From a virus (lineage: Duplodnaviria; Caudoviricetes): a stretch of DNA of 28,719 nucleotides. Position 1 is the stretch's first letter, and each line of letters begins with the position of its first letter. The position numbers were made by a program, and so were the translations under genes. Where the stretch lies: positions 1 to 28,719 of IMG/VR virus record IMGVR_UViG_3300005611_000152, one strand, 5' to 3'. The notes under the pieces were generated by a model that was not told where the DNA came from, searched no databases, and saw only the letters and a program-made list of their open reading frames with translations. This document shows positions 25,340 to 28,719 of this stretch, in pieces.

Positions 25340-26528
25340 AATCGAACTCCATCACAAGTTCCGCAAGATAGGGGAGGCGAAGGATAGGTATATCTATCTA
25401 AGTGGGGGCAGAGGCTCGGGCAAGTCGTTTGCGGTTGCGTTGTTTGTTGCGCACTTATCTTACCACCCTGGGCATAAGATATTATTCACACGCTACACCA
25501 TTACAAGTGCTAGTAAATCCATCATACCTGAGTTTGTTGAGAAGCTAAAAATCTGTGAAATCGAGAACGACTTCCATATCACGAAAGACGCTATTATCAA
25601 TAAAGCATCAGGCACGGAGATATTATTCTCGGGGATCAAGACATCAAGTGGGAACCAAACCGCCAACCTTAAATCGTTGCAGGGTATTACCACATGGGTC
25701 TATGAGGAGTTTGAGGAACACCCTAATGAGGAGAGCTTCGACACGATTGACCTTTCAATCCGTAAACAGGGCATACAGAACAGGGTTATACTTATCTCCA
25801 ACGCACTACACAAAGGCTCGTGGCAATATGAACGTTTTTTCAAGCAGGGCGAGAACACGACCCATATCCATACGACATACGAGGATAACAAGAAGAATCT
25901 CAACGACCAGTTCTTACGCATGGCAGAGTTCACGAAGGAAACAAACCTTGCTAAATACAGCAGGAACTTTCTTGGCGAACATTACGAAGATGACGATGAG
26001 GCACTATGGACGTGGGACATTATCAAGAGGGGAACAGTTGAGCAATACGATAGAATCGTGGTGGCGATAGACCCTGCGGTAACAAGTAATAAGAACTCGG
26101 ATTTAACTGGTATCGTAGTAGTAGGCAAGGCAGGTAATAAGGGATATGTCTTAGAGGATAAGTCCGGAACGTACTCACCGAATGAGTGGGCGAATGTTGC
26201 ATTGAGTTTGTATCGTAAGTGGAAAGCCGATAGAGTTGTGGGAGAGGTGAACAACGGAGGCGACATGATTGAGGCAATTATCAGACAAGCCGACAATTCG
26301 GTATCTTACAAAGCAGTTCGAGCAACGAGAGGCAAGGCAGTAAGAGCCGAGCCGATTGTTTCTCTATACGAGCAGGGCTTAATATATCACACCACAAACT
26401 TTCCTGAACTAGAGCTACAAATGACGACATGGAATCCAACGCATAAGGAATCACCCGATAGAATAGATGCGCTGGTGTGGGGCTTCACCGAACTAATGCT
26501 AAAACACAATACAGGATGGGTTATCTAG
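25332..26528 (+). CDS. terL: Terminase large subunit
   Basis: Walker A GGRGSGKS, Walker B TWVYEE, nuclease acidic residues AIDPA, GEVNNGG and PDRIDA. Confidence 0.95.
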   Translation: MNEIELHHKFRKIGEAKDRYIYLSGGRGSGKSFAVALFVAHLSYHPGHKILFTRYTITSASKSIIPEFVEKLKICEIENDFHITKDAIINKASGTEILFSGIKTSSGNQTANLKSLQGITTWVYEEFEEHPNEESFDTIDLSIRKQGIQNRVILISNALHKGSWQYERFFKQGENTTHIHTTYEDNKKNLNDQFLRMAEFTKETNLAKYSRNFLGEHYEDDDEALWTWDIIKRGTVEQYDRIVVAIDPAVTSNKNSDLTGIVVVGKAGNKGYVLEDKSGTYSPNEWANVALSLYRKWKADRVVGEVNNGGDMIEAIIRQADNSVSYKAVRATRGKAVRAEPIVSLYEQGLIYHTTNFPELELQMTTWNPTHKESPDRIDALVWGFTELMLKHNTGWVI

Positions 26529-28231
26529 ACTGGCTGGGGCTACCTAGCAAAGTAACAAAGGAAGCAGAGAAGGCACGAATGGAGTTTAAGGCGGACAAGA
26601 TGAACAACGCCTTACTAGACTTCGTGGGTACGAACTATCCTATTCTTAACCCTGAGAACGACAGAGAGAATGTCTATAAGGGGTACATGATTAACCCTGA
26701 TGTTTACTCGATTGTTAACCTGATTACGAATGCAATGCGTTCTGTATCATGGGTATTATATGAGGTAAGCGATGAGGCGAAGTATCGTAAGTATAGAAGG
26801 CTTCCAAGCGAGGCGAAGCAATACAACTTTGAGAAGGTACTAAAGACCAAGAACGAAGGACTACAAGAGGTACACGATCCTAACAACAAGCTCTACAAAT
26901 TACTCGAGAAGCCTAACGAGTTGCAGGGCTGGGGTGAGTTTATTGAAAACGTGATGGGCTTTAAGTTGATAACAGGGAACTCTTACGTGCATGGGGTTAT
27001 TCTTGAGAATGGGGCAAACGCAGGATTGATTAACGAGCTGTATGCTATGCCCTCTCAATACATGAGGGTACGAGCAGGAAAGGGGGGCGACTCGGTAGTT
27101 ACTGGGTACAGCTTAGAGATAGGTACAAGAAGAACAGACTTCAAGCCTGAGGAAGTATTACACATGAAATACTGGAGTCCTGATTATGAGGGTACTGGCT
27201 CTCACTTGTACGGTTTATCTCCTTTACACGCAGGTTCTAGAGTGGTTAGACAGTCAAACGATGCGTACACAGCACAGACAGCGTTATTACAGAATAGCGG
27301 AGCAATGGGTATCCTGGCGGTCGACCCTGACTCCATGACCGAAGAACAAGCCAGTCAGTTAGAGAATCAGTATTACAAGAAGTATGGCGGTCCGCACAAG
27401 CGTGGTCGCATTGTAATTACAGGGGCTAACATGGACTGGAAGCAAATAGGCATGAGTGCGGTCGATATGAACATTATCGAGTCGCAGAAGTTCACGCTTA
27501 GAGATTTATGTAACATCTACCAAATCAACTCGGCACTACTAAACGACCCTGATAACAAGGTATATAACAACGTCAAGGAAGCACGTAAGGCTCTCTACTA
27601 TGAGAAAGTCCTACCTGAGCTAGATACATTCCGAGATGAGCTGAACAGATGGCTTGTTAGCAGATACAACGAAAAGACTGGCGGACAATTCTACATTGAT
27701 TATGACTTAGAAAGCGTACCAGCACTACAAGCCGACATGAAGGCGGTGATGGAGCAGGTTAAGGATGCTTGGTGGTTGACAGGTAGTGAGAAACGTGAGG
27801 CTATGGGTTATGACTACGACCCTGTGATGGACCAGTTCTTTGTACCTGCTGGACTCCTACCACTAGGGGCAACGCAAGAAACCGAAAAACAACTAGAAGA
27901 GTATGCAGTTAAGAGAACGTTTACAGACTATCCTCAGAGTGCAGTCAATACTGCGAAAAGAGCCATTGCGTACACAGAAGAAAATCCGAATGATTGTGCG
28001 ACAGCCACAGGTCGAGCAAGAGCCTTGCAAATCAGCAAGAAAGAGCCGATCAGCTACGATGTTGTAAAGAGAACATTCAGCTTCCTATCGAGAGCTAAAA
28101 CATACGACACAGGCTCGTTTGAAGATGAGGATGGCAACCCAGTCTGCGGTTCAATATCGTATGCCTACTGGGGAGGGGATTCCATGAGAAGATGGGCTGA
28201 AAAGAAGATTGAAGAAATAGAAAATGCCTGA
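26516..28231 (+). CDS. HK97-family portal protein with an extra C-terminal domain
   Basis: LLEKPN..Q, LITGNSY, EEVLHMKY, YGLSPL, DMNIIE and P.L...RDELN motifs. Start reassigned to ATG 26516. An additional domain of about 105 aa begins near 27911. Confidence 0.94.
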   Translation: MGYLDWLGLPSKVTKEAEKARMEFKADKMNNALLDFVGTNYPILNPENDRENVYKGYMINPDVYSIVNLITNAMRSVSWVLYEVSDEAKYRKYRRLPSEAKQYNFEKVLKTKNEGLQEVHDPNNKLYKLLEKPNELQGWGEFIENVMGFKLITGNSYVHGVILENGANAGLINELYAMPSQYMRVRAGKGGDSVVTGYSLEIGTRRTDFKPEEVLHMKYWSPDYEGTGSHLYGLSPLHAGSRVVRQSNDAYTAQTALLQNSGAMGILAVDPDSMTEEQASQLENQYYKKYGGPHKRGRIVITGANMDWKQIGMSAVDMNIIESQKFTLRDLCNIYQINSALLNDPDNKVYNNVKEARKALYYEKVLPELDTFRDELNRWLVSRYNEKTGGQFYIDYDLESVPALQADMKAVMEQVKDAWWLTGSEKREAMGYDYDPVMDQFFVPAGLLPLGATQETEKQLEEYAVKRTFTDYPQSAVNTAKRAIAYTEENPNDCATATGRARALQISKKEPISYDVVKRTFSFLSRAKTYDTGSFEDEDGNPVCGSISYAYWGGDSMRRWAEKKIEEIENA

Positions 28232-28719
28232 TCCTAGACAGGGTGAATCAAGAGAGGACTTCTTAGATAGATGTATTCCTGAAGTCGTAGCCGAAGGTCG
28301 GGAACCCGACCAAGCGGTAGCAATGTGCATTGCATACTACGAGGGAGAGAAGGACAAAGCCTTCAATCTTGACAAGATGGGCGAGGTTGAGTATTGGAAA
28401 GCCTTTGATAGGAAAAGAGAATCCTTTGATAATAAGTACGAGCGAGTATTTAGAAAAGCCATAAGGGAGCAGTTAAAGATATTTGAAAACGCAGGAACGA
28501 TAGGTGAGCTGAGAAAGGAAATAAGAGAAGAATCAATCAAAGAAGCGTTTGTTCAACTCTATACAGAGGTGGGTGATAGCTTTGCACGTTCTACCTATTC
28601 GGGATTGAAGAAAATGCCTAGCCCTGAGTTCAAGCAAGACCCAGTGTGGATTGAGCGAATGAGAAAGTATGCCTTGATAGATGCTTCAAAAAGGATAGTT
28701 GCAATAAACGACACTACCA
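28224..28719 (+). CDS. Putative head morphogenesis protein (Mu gpF / SPP1 gp7-like), 3'-truncated, absent from ORF track
   Basis: Manual translation MPDPRQGESREDFLDRCIPEVVAEGREPDQAVAMCIAYYEGEK...LYTEVGDSFA...KRIVAINDTT is open to the window end. Position after portal and the I..I.DTT motif fit gpF-like proteins; the diagnostic C-terminal motif lies outside the window. Confidence 0.72.
   Translation, partial: MPDPRQGESREDFLDRCIPEVVAEGREPDQAVAMCIAYYEGEKDKAFNLDKMGEVEYWKAFDRKRESFDNKYERVFRKAIREQLKIFENAGTIGELRKEIREESIKEAFVQLYTEVGDSFARSTYSGLKKMPSPEFKQDPVWIERMRKYALIDASKRIVAINDTT

Noticed and set aside
25555-26070. 171-aa alternative-frame + strand ORF inside terL (likewise 16546..16824 inside the fibre gene)
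   Set aside because: Wholly nested in conserved genes, composition typical of off-frame translation, no motifs.
28296-28333. Two short palindromes, GGTCGGG-AA-CCCGACC and GCAATG-TG-CATTGC
   Set aside because: Inside a coding region, no U-tract and no second copy noticed; compatible with chance.
87-28540. All minus-strand ORFs in the track (for example 87..467, 7045..7452, 8076..8600, 16883..17230)
   Set aside because: They lie antisense to well-supported + strand genes and show no recognisable motifs. The Pro-rich 16883..17230 is the mirror of Gly codons.

Overview
Nearly complete, circularly permuted genome of a small (about 30 kb) HK97-fold, long non-contractile-tailed (siphovirus-like) phage. 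The host is probably Bacteroidota-related (inference from mostly SD-less A-rich leaders, a TTTG-N19-GATATTTG promoter and the style of the tape measure, tail and terminase proteins). All credible genes are on the + strand and many are coupled by ATGA/TTGA overlaps. Order: prohead protease (5'-truncated), major capsid, terminator, FOUR glycosyltransferase-like genes (HRHDQ-type GT-A-like, GT11, GT25, GT4), neck and tail genes (with a -1 frameshifted tail chaperone), tape measure, a 1478-aa tail protein with an S74 chaperone, a fibre module, lysis genes (M15 peptidase between two membrane proteins), then an early/replication block (ERF, RHH-like protein, NinG, SSB-like protein, initiator with internal iterons), metallophosphoesterase, ParB-like protein, TerS, TerL, portal and a 3'-truncated head morphogenesis protein. 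No integrase, recognisable CI-type repressor, DNA polymerase, tRNA or CRISPR array was seen. Best candidate novel system: a virion-glycosylation (possibly fucosylation) cassette coupled into the morphogenesis operon, with Gly-Ser C-termini on both capsid and tail tube as possible acceptor sites. Second candidate: a kissing-loop/terminator RNA element directly upstream of the replication initiator. All family calls come from motif recognition by eye; no database searches were run.
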